64,000 nucleotides of DNA from Gekko japonicus (taxonomy: Eukaryota): the NCBI RefSeq assembly GCF_001447785.1, contig NW_015160922.1, forward strand, positions 124,001 to 188,000, given 5' to 3'. Both the position numbers and the translations under genes were made by a program. The stretch's first letter is position 1; each line of letters opens with the position of its first letter. Shown one piece after another: positions 42,427 to 54,400 of the stretch. A model generated the notes under the pieces. It was not told the origin of the DNA. It ran no database searches and worked only from the letters and a program-made list of their open reading frames with translations.

Positions 42427-45400
42427 CTGATAAAGGGAACAGAGATTCTTTCAGATGTCTCTCCTGCTCTACACCACATCCGTCTCCTTAACCTCCAACC
42501 AGGACAGAAAGAAGCTGACACACAAAGCAAGCCACCCCCGCTGGCCAAGGAATCCCAACAGAAAACCTTAACGGTCCATAAGCCTGTGGAACGTCTGAGT
42601 TCCCCAGGACTCTCCATCAAGCCAGACATTACAAATAAAAAGGGGGAGCAGATATATCAGGTCACTGCGATCTTAAGACCATCTTACATCATGATACGGT
42701 GGAACTTATGACAGATACAAGATTTTTTTGGCTTTAAAGGGATTTTCAGCAACTTTTTGTATGGTGCACTTGGCTTAGTTACGAAAAGTGTGTCAAGGTG
42801 TGCACAGCATGTGAGAGTCATTCTTCAATGTACAATAAATATGGACCCCCAAAAAGCCTGGCATCTTAGCTCCCCAACTAGGGGGCGGTAGTCCTCCAAA
42901 AGGAAGGACGATCCAAGTAGCACAGCCCAGTTACAGGCTGCTTTACTTATAGGCCTGAGAGGTGCTGTGGGCCCCAAGCCTTCCTCCCAACCAGGAAGCC
43001 ACAGCTGGAAGAGAAAGGCACTCTGCGCTTCTTCAGCAGCATAGTCTGCTCCAAGGGTAGAGGAAACCCATCCTCCCAAAGCCCCAAAGATGCACAACCC
43101 GAATAACACAATCTCCTTGTTCCTAAGTGTCCTACAGGGACAGTGACCAGACCGCATGTCCCTCTGTGAGGGATCATGCATTGTTTGCTGATGGGCTCCA
43201 GTTTGCACAGGCTTCTCCTGACCCTGGACGTTCTCTTCTCTCATGGAGTCCTCTCCTGCAGCAAGTGGCTTGGGCCACACCTCTGTCCTCCTACTACTCC
43301 GCAGGCAGCCATTTTGTCTTACTCCCTGCCTGAAACAGGCCAAGGTCTGGATGGCACACTGGGCTGGTGGGAGGTTCTACCTTTTGGGTGCTTCTAAGTC
43401 TGCTGCTCTGTGCATCCCCCTAGGTGGTGAATAGCATGCATGGTGGCTATTCTCTACTCCTGTCTGTCACGATTGGAAGGATGCTTGTGGGAAGACGGAG
43501 GGGAAATCCACACCTGCAAGGCTTGAAGCCTACAAAGAAAATAGTCTGGGCCGGTCACATCTCAGATTAAAGTGAGCTGGAATGGAACGTTTCTACTGCT
43601 GAGAAGACTGCTGGGGTAAAACCCAGGACTGCATTCCTGTCATGAAGGAGGGGCAAGCAATGCAGAGGAGAGGAAGCAGCAGGGAGTCATCCAGGATATG
43701 CAACACGGGGAGAGGCAGGCAGGCAAGGCCGGCCATCCAGCCCTCCTCACCTGCGTTTCCATGATAGACATGAGGTCCTGCCACTGCTGCTCCAGGTCAA
43801 AGGGCAGCTCCGTCTCGGTCAGGAGAGGAGACAGGAGCCCGTTCGGAACAACGGACGGCCCGCTCTCACTAGGCACAGCTTCGGTCAGGCTGGGGGCATC
43901 TGCAGCTGGAAACTGAAAACAAAGCAGAATCTGCTCACCTTGGGCCTGTGGCTACGCAAGTCGAATCAGTGACGGCCAGCCCAGCCTCCTTTCCTGGAAC
44001 AATTCAGACTGGGGCACTCATTCCTACATACAAAGGGTTTTAAAGCAAGGGGGGGCGAGGGAGAAGCAGGCACCACAGTCCCCCCCCCCCGTATAATCTA
44101 CGAGCCCTGTGCTTCGTGCAGGGGCAAGCTTTCTTCCCCATTCAGAAGAGCTCGCCTCATGAAGCCTGCAAAGCGCAGCAACCTACGGCAGATGAAACTC
44201 TGGATTGAGCTGCAGCCAGCCCAGGTTCAAATCCTGAAGCGACCTTGACTGCTCCCCCCCAAGGTTATTGCAAGGACATGGAGGGGGGGCTCTCCAGTCC
44301 TTCCACAAACTGAAAAGTCCTGCAGAAATGACCCAAGCGATTCACCTACCCGCCTCCGAGGGTCAAAAGCACACCCACCTCCGAATTCTCTCCAAAGGGA
44401 AATGTGGCCTCCAGCAGCCTAAGGCACTCCTCCAAAGACAAGGCTGTCTGGTCCTCCACACCAGGCACCTGGAAGGCAGCAAAGCATTCGACAGCAGTTT
44501 TAGCTCACTGCGGCCCAGCCATGAGGGTCCTCCGCCCCAGGGAAGTCCAGCCTTTCAGACCTGGGACCTCCTTTCACCCAAGCCTGAAACATGGGAACCA
44601 CTGATTTATTTATTTTTACTGTCCATCTTGTGTCTGTGTGTGAACTTTTTTTTAAGTGACCACTGATGCAGTCCAGCTCTGAGTCATAACCGAGGCCAAA
44701 GGATCTAGGCCAGCCCACAGCTCGGGATGCTCCATTGGCTGACTGCTCATCTTGGCAACGAGCAGGCGCCTGCTCAGTCCCACAACCAAGGGTCTAGCCC
44801 CTCCCCTCAGCACCCTGTACACTCTCTTCCTTGCTCCAGTTACACCCAATAGCCTCCTTTGGGCTCGGGCATACCTGCCCAAGATCCTCTGCCCAGGAAA
44901 ATAAAGCACTCGAGTGCTGTGATCAAAATAAAATTCATGTAGATGTGAACTGGTGTAGCCCACAAGCAGCAGGAAGACGGAGGGCTTGCCCTTCTTGGAG
45001 TGAGTGCGAGGTGTCACACACAGTCCACCCCTCCCCCCCCATTTCACCCTCACAACCACCATGTAAGATAGGCAAGGCTGAGAGAGCTTCACCAAAGGGG
45101 TGATTTGAAGCTGGGTCTCCCCATGATGCAGAAGGCTCTTCACTTCATGTGGGCAGCTCCCACAAAGTGCCCGTTGGCTAGGAGGCGGCCTTGCCCACAT
45201 CCCAGCCTGCCTCAGCTGCCAGCAGCCACAACAGCCCAGTTAACACGGCAGCTGGGACTGGGCCAGGCGTCTTGCCTGGCTGAAGATGGCCAAGAGACCC
45301 AAGCCCAGTGAGCTCCAGCACCTTACCCTAAAAGCCACCCATGCCCAGAGAATCCAGACTTGTTCGGGCGGGGGGGGGGGCCATCAACGAACGCCTACTC

Positions 45401-48400
45401 TGAAAGATCAGGAGGGCTAACGTACCAAAAAGCTGGAATAAAATTTTACTAAATGCCAAGAAATCTAAAGGGTTTTTTTTTTATTTAAAAAAATGGAACG
45501 TGAGGCAGCCCAATTTTTCAGAGCAGGAACGAAAAGGCTCTGCTGAAAACACAGGAAGGGTCACAATCACAGACAGAGACTTTTGGCCAAGGTGCCAAAC
45601 GGCACTAACGCGTATGGGCCCAAATCCAGCACCGACTGGGAGAAGGCCTGCTTCCTGGACAACGCTGGCTGGCAGCTGCTTCAGGACTCCTCCTCATTCG
45701 GGCTCGGCTTGGGAAGGGAGGGCACGTCAGGAACATCACTGCCGGCCCTCCCTTTCCCCTTGAGAAAAGCCTCTGTTTGCTCCAAGGGCTGCCGGAGCAG
45801 GCAGCCAACTGGAGGCGGCTGCAGAGTTCTCCTCTCCCTGATTGGGTAGTTAAAGAGAGACCAAACCCCAAAATGAGAAACCACTGGCGGGGGTGGCCCT
45901 GTGTCCGTTTTCACCTGTGCAGGGAAGCTCTCCCCCGTCTCGCCATCCACTAGCAGGGCCCGGTCGGCGGCAACGTCCTCCTCGCCCCTGCGGCTCCTCC
46001 AGCCATCCCCGCACTCCTGCCCGCTGCCGGCTTCTTTGTCCACGTCGCTCTCCTTCTGGCGGTGGCTGTAGTCAAAAATCTCACGCCCAGCTCCAAGGTC
46101 GATATCCTGTCTCCACAGGATGTCAATTAAATCAATGTCCTAAAAGGGAAGGTGGGGAGGGGAAACTTTTCTTCAGTGCTCAACTCCCCCTTGCTCAGGA
46201 GCCCCCTTCCCTGGAGGATGCGCCCCCCCCAACTCTAAGCATAACCATCGGCAGCCCCTAAACCCAAAGCAACGGGACAGCTTCTGCCTTTGCCACCCAT
46301 TTGACCCGACTCACCTCCAAGTGCCAGCCTTCCTTCAGAGCGGGGGGCTGCCCCGCCTTCCCCGCTCTTTTCCCGGACCACCCCCGTTGCCGTGGGGCTC
46401 CGGGCACCTTCCCCCCACCCACAGCCATTCTGCGCTGGGAGCTGGCCAGGGGCGGCTCTGCAAAGAGGCTGCTCCGGGGCACAGATCGGGAACTCCATGA
46501 ACAGCCCCAGAGCTGTCTCCTCCTCGCTGCCCATGCTACGCAGCAGTGCTCTTTCGGCCCAGGCAGGAGGGAGTCTGCAGCTTTAACTGCTCAGACGGCT
46601 GGCTGGCGGGCAGGCTGGCTGGCTGGGGAGGGAGGGGGGAGGGCCAATTGTCATTCCGGCTTGCTGCTCCATAGCGGGCTTGCATCAGCCTGTGGTGCCA
46701 TTCTGGGCATTTGCATAAAGGGGTGGGGAATCTCTGCATTTCCAGCCACCTGATGCAACTTGAGAACCCGGCTTGCCATGCGTGCTGTGCCTTGCCAGCT
46801 CTGAGGCTCCAGACAGCAGAGCCGCTTCCCATCTTCGCCGGCCCTATCGATAGAACCACCCTTTTTTAAAAAAACAAAAAAACAAAAACCCTGCCTTCTC
46901 TGAACTGCAGAGCGGTGACAAGCCCTCACCCATTCCAGGCATCCTTTCCCTTCTGGCATTCCTTTTTCCTCCACCCACCTACCCTGCAATACCCTGGGCA
47001 AATTCTTCTTCTGCAGGACAGGCCTCTCCCAGGGGCTGATCCATCCTCGACCCACCCACCCGTCTCTCCACACACACCCCAACCAGCAGGCTATATTTAT
47101 TCATGAACTGCAGGAGCCTGTTCCTTGCATCCAGGCCCAGTCCGGGGAAACTGCCAGCAGTAGTTATGTAGTGCTACAAGAAAACCTGCAGTCAACTGTC
47201 CACGGGCGGCCTGAACTTCGGACTCCGCCCATCTACTTCCCATGGAAGACCACTACCACCCTCCTATTCCTGAATCAGAAAGAGGAAAGAAAAGGACTCA
47301 GACTTGTCAAATGTACCCACTACAAGGCACTACCCCTGTTTGTTTTTCAAGTGAGAAGCCCCATGGGATAAACTGTTCCCTCTTTCAGAGCAAGAACACA
47401 GATCACAGCAGCATTAGAGTCAGTTTTCCCATCTCCCTCCCCACCCCAGAATTCGATGATGTTCAGTCTACCGACGCCATTTAGAATTACGCAGTTGTCT
47501 GTCTCTGCCCCGAAACCTGACATCTTTGCCCTGAATGAGTCAACCCCGCTGCTGACCTCAGTCGCTGGCTCAAGCCCTTCAGGCCTGCAAACAAAACCTC
47601 TTCCACAAATCTCCACGCCTCTTCTTTTCTGACCGGGGCCCTATGGCAACTTCATTCCCTAAGAACCGACTGTTATTTCATGGCCTATAACTGGGCTAAA
47701 CGCCTGCCTGGATTATTCTGTAAGCCAATCCTCCCCTGCCAGTATTCACCCATACTAAGTAATGATTATGTACCCAATTCTCCACCACCCCAATCTCATA
47801 AGACACGGAAGCTTTCTCTCGTGAGGTATCTGGTCCAGAATGGCATCTTCCTCCCCCTCCCTTCTGCACTTGTCTCTTATCATCCAAAATACCCATTCAG
47901 GTTAAGGACTCTGAGTCAGATGGAAACTTCCTTCAGTTACTTACAGGTGACCACTGTATGTCTTGGAACAGAATGATGGGAACGGGAAAGACAGTCTGCG
48001 CCTCCTCAAGGTACCCACCTTCCATGGACACCTACGGGGATCGAACTCTCCCTCATCACCACCCCACCTTCTCAGCAGTACATTTCCTTCTCAGACCTGC
48101 TCCCCTTCTGCATGGGAACAGCTGCCCCAAGACCCCCTTAAGCACACTCGCATCCTCCTCTGCATGGTGCTGCTTCGTAATCTGAACATCCCCATCAAGA
48201 AACCTCCAGAAATAACTTTGGTGCTCATTTCCCCCCCCCCCCTCCCTCAGTCCACCGGCCCTCATCAAGGTGCCGCACATCCTTGGCTGGCTGCTCCCCC
48301 TCTGAGGCCCTGGCACCTGGCGGGAGACCTGGCCCGGTCCCGCCTAAAAGCAAGCAGCAGGCAAGCGTGACAGGCACGAAAAGGGTTAAAAGGAAGGGAT

Positions 48401-51400
48401 ACCTTTCTCATGTCCCCAGCTGCCGCTCCCAGAGCTGTCCACCCCGTTCATGGTCTATGCAGAGCGCAGATTCCAGGCAGCCAGAGCTGGGTGACCCAGG
48501 CAGGGTGCCGGACAGACATCTCCAGTTTCAGTTAGCAGCTGTGCCTTTTCCTTTTTTTCCCCCCTTCTCCTTTTTTTGGCAGGCTTGCCAGCTGCCCCTG
48601 AGTTGTTTGGAAGCCCCCCTCCCTCCCTTGCCAGCATGTGACCCACAGGTGCTGTGCTAGAGCTGGCCCTGCCCCCCTCCCCGGCATGAGATCCAATCCT
48701 TGGCTCTCCTTGGCTTGTCGCTGAGAGAGGAGTTCCGGCGAATCCCCACCCCCTGCTCAGTGCCCAGGATGCGGAGATGGAATCCCCACCCCATGTGCCG
48801 TGCTGAGGCTGCAGCCAGTCTGAGACAACACCCCCCCAACCACACACACACACACACCACACACACACACACACACACGCCTGTTACCTAGGCTGCAGCC
48901 GGAGCCAATCCCCTCCCCCAGGTCACCGCGGAGGATGCAGAGGGAGCCAGGCTCCGCCCTGTGCTGGTTACCTAGGAGGCAACGAGAGCCAATCCCATGC
49001 CTCGGGTCCCTGCCGAGGATGCGGGGAAAGGGCTCCTCCTCACGCTCGTCACCTAGGATGCAAAGAGGAGAACCAATTGCTTCTCCTCGCTCTCGACCCC
49101 GCCCAGGTCGCCCAGGGAGCTGCAGCAGCCCGCGTTTGGGCCTCTGTCTCCTTGAGAAGCTCCCACGCCAGGATGCCCCACCCAAGCCAGGCAGAGACGC
49201 CTGCAATGGTGCAAGAGAAGAGGAGCGCTGGAAAGAAAAGAATAAAAGGACTCACCAACACACTCCCCTCCTCTCCCCCCCCCACCAGCAGCATCGCATA
49301 CCAGAATAAGCCCTTGCAGACAGCCCCCCTGCCCAGAATACTGCCCACAATTTCCCCAGAGGACGCAGGCAATCCTCTCTCCTCCACCGACCCAGATTAC
49401 AGCAGGAAGGAGAGATCTGGAAGGCCAGACTGCATCGCCTGCACAGAGGCAGAAGGATGGGAGGGGTGCAAAAGGCAACTCATCCGGAACTTTTCAGCCC
49501 CTACCATTAGGAATCGGAGCTTCAGGGGCTAGAACACCGGGACCAGTTCTGCTAAGGAGCTGAGAGTGGGGGAAAGGCGCCTCCCACGCCCATCCCAACA
49601 GCTTGACGTCGGGATGGAGTGACCGCGGCTGGACCAAAGATCTGTTAAGAGCAGATTAACTAGGGATGTTCATCTGACGTCGGGATGGAGTTAAGAGCAG
49701 ATTAACTAGGGATGTTCATACACACGTTAATAGTCACTAGTAATCCAGTCTGCGCCACATGCTTTGCTAACTTTTACCTGCACTGCTAGGGAAGGAGGGA
49801 AATAATGGGGGCAAAGAAATGCTTAAGAAGAAGAGGAGCCTGGATTTATACCCCGCCCTTCACTCGAAGTCTCAGAGTGGCTTACAATCTCCTTCCCTTC
49901 CTCTCCTCACAACAGACACCCTGTGAGGTAGGTGGGGCTGAGAGAGTTCTGAGAGAACTGTGACTGACCCAAGGTCACCCTGCTGGCTGCATGTAGAGGA
50001 GTGGGGAATCAAACCTGGTTCTCCAGATTAGAGTCTGCCACTGGCCCAAACTGCAAATGAAGAAAACTGTGCAACCTAGACACATACAGCAAATCTACTT
50101 CTTAATTGCTTATTTTGCTTAACTTCTCCACTGCATCTTACCAAGAGGAACAGGCAAGATCCTAGGCAGGATATTTAACGTACCCAGCACCTGACTCCTG
50201 GAAGCTCCGCTTGAAGCACTCTCTCCCCCAACACTAAAACTTTACCAGGCCCCATTGTCAGGACTATCTCTGCAGACATAAGTTAGCTGTGGCATTTTAT
50301 GCAGGAAGCAGAGATTCAGAACACTGTCACAAAATAGATGAGTATTCCCTAACTTGACAGGGAAAAAAGTATATCTGGTTCCTGGGCAGGGTTTTTTTGC
50401 GCCTCACAGGGCTAGCAGAGAAAAATCAATTCCTGGGTATGTTGCCAGTGCCATATTTTTGGGTTCCAGTGCAACCAGGCACCTGGGATTCCTTCAGCCC
50501 TGTATGCACAAAGACTGCTCTAGCATTTCAAGAAAGCAGAGGTGTATAAAGTGCTCGGTGATCTAACACCACCGTATGCAAGCAATCAGCAATATCCTAC
50601 AGGGGAGGGAGGGAGGGATGTTTCACGTTCATCACAGGAATGTTTACAGCAAACCTGGAAAACGGACACATGCTGTCCCCCCGTCTGCTGCTGCCCTTGC
50701 AAAATCCCCATGGAAAGCTCATCATCTTTAGGCACCAGTCATACAGCGGGCTGACTCAGACTGCTCAACTCACTGTGTAGCCAGAGCCTAGAGAACACCA
50801 CACGGGGCTGCTATATGGGACTTTTTAAGATGCTATAGTACTCATGCAGACACGTGAGCTGAAGCAAGACTGGCAGTCACTAAACTGGCAGTGGAAAGTT
50901 TCTCACTGAAAGAGTAAAAAGACATGGAAGCAAACCTTGTTAAGAAGAGAAAGCTAATTTACTTTGCACCCTAATATGTAGTAACCTGACCAGGAATGAC
51001 TGGGTCAAAAAGTTGGATGTGGATAATCCAAGAACGTGAACAGACCTGGACATTAACATGAAACTGACGCATGAAACTTCTGGTAAGTCACACAATTACA
51101 GCGTGGTGTCATGGTTACAGGATATGGGAAATGGGACACATAAAGCTGCCTTATACTGAATCAGAGCCTTGGTCCATCGAGGTCAGTACTCAGACTGGCA
51201 GTGGATCTCCAGGGTCTCAGGCAGAGGTCTTTCACATCACCCTACTGCCTGGCCTTTTTAACTGGAGATGCTGAGGACTGAACCCAGGACCTTCTGCTTG
51301 CCAAGCAGCTGCCCTACCACTGAGCCACAGCGCCTCCTCAGGCCAGTCAAGTGCTCTCTCTCTCTCTCAGCCTAGCTTACATCACAGGGTTGTTGCTATG

Positions 51401-54400
51401 AGGATAAAATGGAAGAGGGGAGAACGACATTATAAGCCACTTTGGTCCCCACTGGGAAGAAAAATGGGATATAAATATCTGCATATATATCCAAATATGG
51501 ATCTGAAGGCAATCCTACAAGATGGGAGCACAGCTGGACAGGAGCCAAGCACTACATTCCAGCACTAGCTTTTCATTCTGAGATGAAACTGGCCACATAC
51601 ACCTCCGTGCCCCAAAAACTTGCCACAAAAAACCAAGCAATCACACTGACAGTGAGTGTAGGAGGACAGCTGGAATTGAGGCTGATGGCTGCGGCAGTCT
51701 GCGCTGTTTGCTTACAGAGAACTCTCTTCAGAGTTGTGTGTCCTGGTGTCATTTAAAGCATTAAATACTCCCTCAGGAAGTGCTACACGATGCTTGAGCT
51801 GCCCACCTTCTGGGCTGGGTACACGTTTGCTTCCCGGGGCCCATTTTCAGTCATGCAACAGCAACTGGTTCGTCCACAAACAGATTCCCACGAAACTTGT
51901 GGGGGAGGGCACTGGAAGAAAGGTTCAGGCCAGTCTAGTGTTTAGAGTATGTATGCATACAGTCATGTATGGCTGCGAGAGTTGGACTATAAGGAAGGCC
52001 GAGCGCCGAAGAATAGATTCTTTTGAACTATGGTGCTGGAGAAGACTCTTGAGAGTCCCTTGGACTGCAAGAAGAACAAATCAGTCAATCCTCAAAGAAA
52101 TCAACCCTGACTGTTCCCTGGAAGGCCAGATAATGAAAATGAAGCTCAAATACTTTGGCCACCAAATGAGAAGGGAGCACTCACTGGAAAAGACCCTGAT
52201 GCTGGGAAAGATTGAAGGCCAAAGAAGACGGGGATGGCAAAGGATGAGATGGTTAGACAATGTCATCGATGCAACGAACATGAGGTGTTAGACATCCGGC
52301 TCCCTGTGGAGGGATGTCAGAGCAAAGAGAAGGGCTAAAGATTTCTGGGAGGTTGTGTTCCTCAACTAGTCATTTCTAAAGAAGGTGTGGCAGTTGCCTG
52401 GCTCCCTTCACCCTCTTTGGGCAAACCAGCTGTCCAGACTGTATTATTTCTGGGAGGTTGTGTTCCTCAACTAGAAGGTGTGGCAGTTGCCTGGCCCCCT
52501 TCACCCTCTTTGGGCAAACCAGCTGTCCAGACTGTATCTTTGCTAGCCCCAGGACCATGGTGCTGGCCAGACCCTGTCACCTCACTGTGCAACTGAACAA
52601 CAAAAGTGTACAGAGGGACATCAGGAGACAGAATTTGCTCATTCCAAATTAAAGCAAAACTCCACTAAGCACTGTACCTATAAGGCCAATTTAAGCATTA
52701 TCAGTCCTTTTACTGTCCACTGGACAGTTCTGAATCTTCTGTCTAGACTTCCCAAGCCCTCCCCAACCCTCTCTTTATTTGGAGAGGCTGGATTCAGAGT
52801 CTGGAGAGAGGTGTTAGACATCCGGCTCCCTGTGGAGGGATGTCAGAGCAAAGAGAAGGGCTAAAGATTTCTGGGAGGTTGTGTTCCTCAACTAGTCATT
52901 TCTAAAGAAGGTGTGGCAGTTGCCTGGCTCCCTTCACCCTCTTTGGGCAAACCAGCTGTCCAGACTGTATCTTTGCTAGCCCCAGGACCATGGTGCTGGC
53001 CAGACCCTGTCACCTCCCAAGGCCTTCAGAAGGCGTCTCAGAAGACAGCTCTTCAACCCCCATTTGGGGGGCCCTGATCCTACACTGGCTGAAGTCCCAG
53101 TTGCTGTGAAACTCACATAGACACAGTGAAACAGGCATGTGTGTTAGTCTCACATTATTGCGAAACACATGGTTCCCCTATAGGAGAGAGCCTTTTAGAA
53201 TTTCAAAGAAACTGCTTCGGTGACACAGTGCAAACCCTTCAAAGGGTTCAGATTGAGTTTATCTGTGTGTCCGTGCAGGTAATCCAGCTTCAGGCCTAGG
53301 GCCTGGGCAGGCCATAAATCAAGCTGAAATAAAGAGAACTTCAGAAGTATCAAATTTAGAGCCAAAACCTCCAGCGGACTGAGCTGCTACACCCACCAGT
53401 CCAGGGGTGGCCAAACTGCAGTTTGGGAGTAGCATGTGGCTCTTTCGCACAGTCTAATTTAATGGTAATAAAAAGCAAATTTGCATATTTTTCAATAAAA
53501 ATGTGTGCATAATATTTGTTCATGTCTTGCAGCTCTCAAACATCTGATGTTGATTCTGTGTGGCTGTTCTGTTAAGCAAGTTTGGCCAGCCCTGCACCTA
53601 GACCCAGATCCTGCTTTGTACAGCCAAAGGGGGGGGGGAGCAGAGAACACCACCAACAAAACGAAAGCCATGAAAAACAGACACAGAGATCCTCAAAAGA
53701 CGATGATGAGCATTCTCATCAGCAGGCTGCTTTTTAAAAGATTTCCCCCCAAACACGCTTTTAAAGAAGTTGCCTGTCTCTGTGTGAGAGCACTGCTCTT
53801 GTCCACTGAGGCTTCCCCTCTGCTTAGCACCGTCCTGCTTTGTTTTACGGACGCCGCCCTCGACACAACCCACCCTCGTAAAATAGCTCTCCGGGGTGTC
53901 CGGGTTCAGCAACAGTTGACAGCTCCGCAAACTCTGTCCACAAACTAGAACAGCTCACCTAAACTCTGCTGACCATCGGGTTGTGTGGGTGGCTGGGAGG
54001 CGGAGAGGAAAACCCCCTCCCCATCGCCTCTCACGGTTTAAGGGACAGCATGTTCTCAGCTAGCCCATGTTTACAGCCATTGCCCAAAGGACAACAACCT
54101 CCTCTGCGATGGGAATGGTGGCGGGGGGGGCGGGGGCCGACAGGAGAGAAGAGACACAGTGCAGGGTAAGGAGATCTCCTCCATAGGCTGCCAGCATACT
54201 GACAGGCTGGGGGTGGGGCAGGTCATGGTGGGATAATATCAACTCCGGCGACTCTCATCACATGTCGACTGAGCTGGGCATTTATTTTTATCCCCTTGTT
54301 GTGGAAGTGCTGCGAGGACACCATAATCCGGCGAGCAGGTCTTTCTAGAAGAGTGGGCTATGCCAGATCTGCACCAAAAGCAGAAAAAAAGATACCAAGG

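Noticed and set aside
43933-43942. Donor-like AAG|gtgagc upstream of an NFE2L1 exon
   Set aside because: Only ~25 nt from the acceptor, too short for an intron
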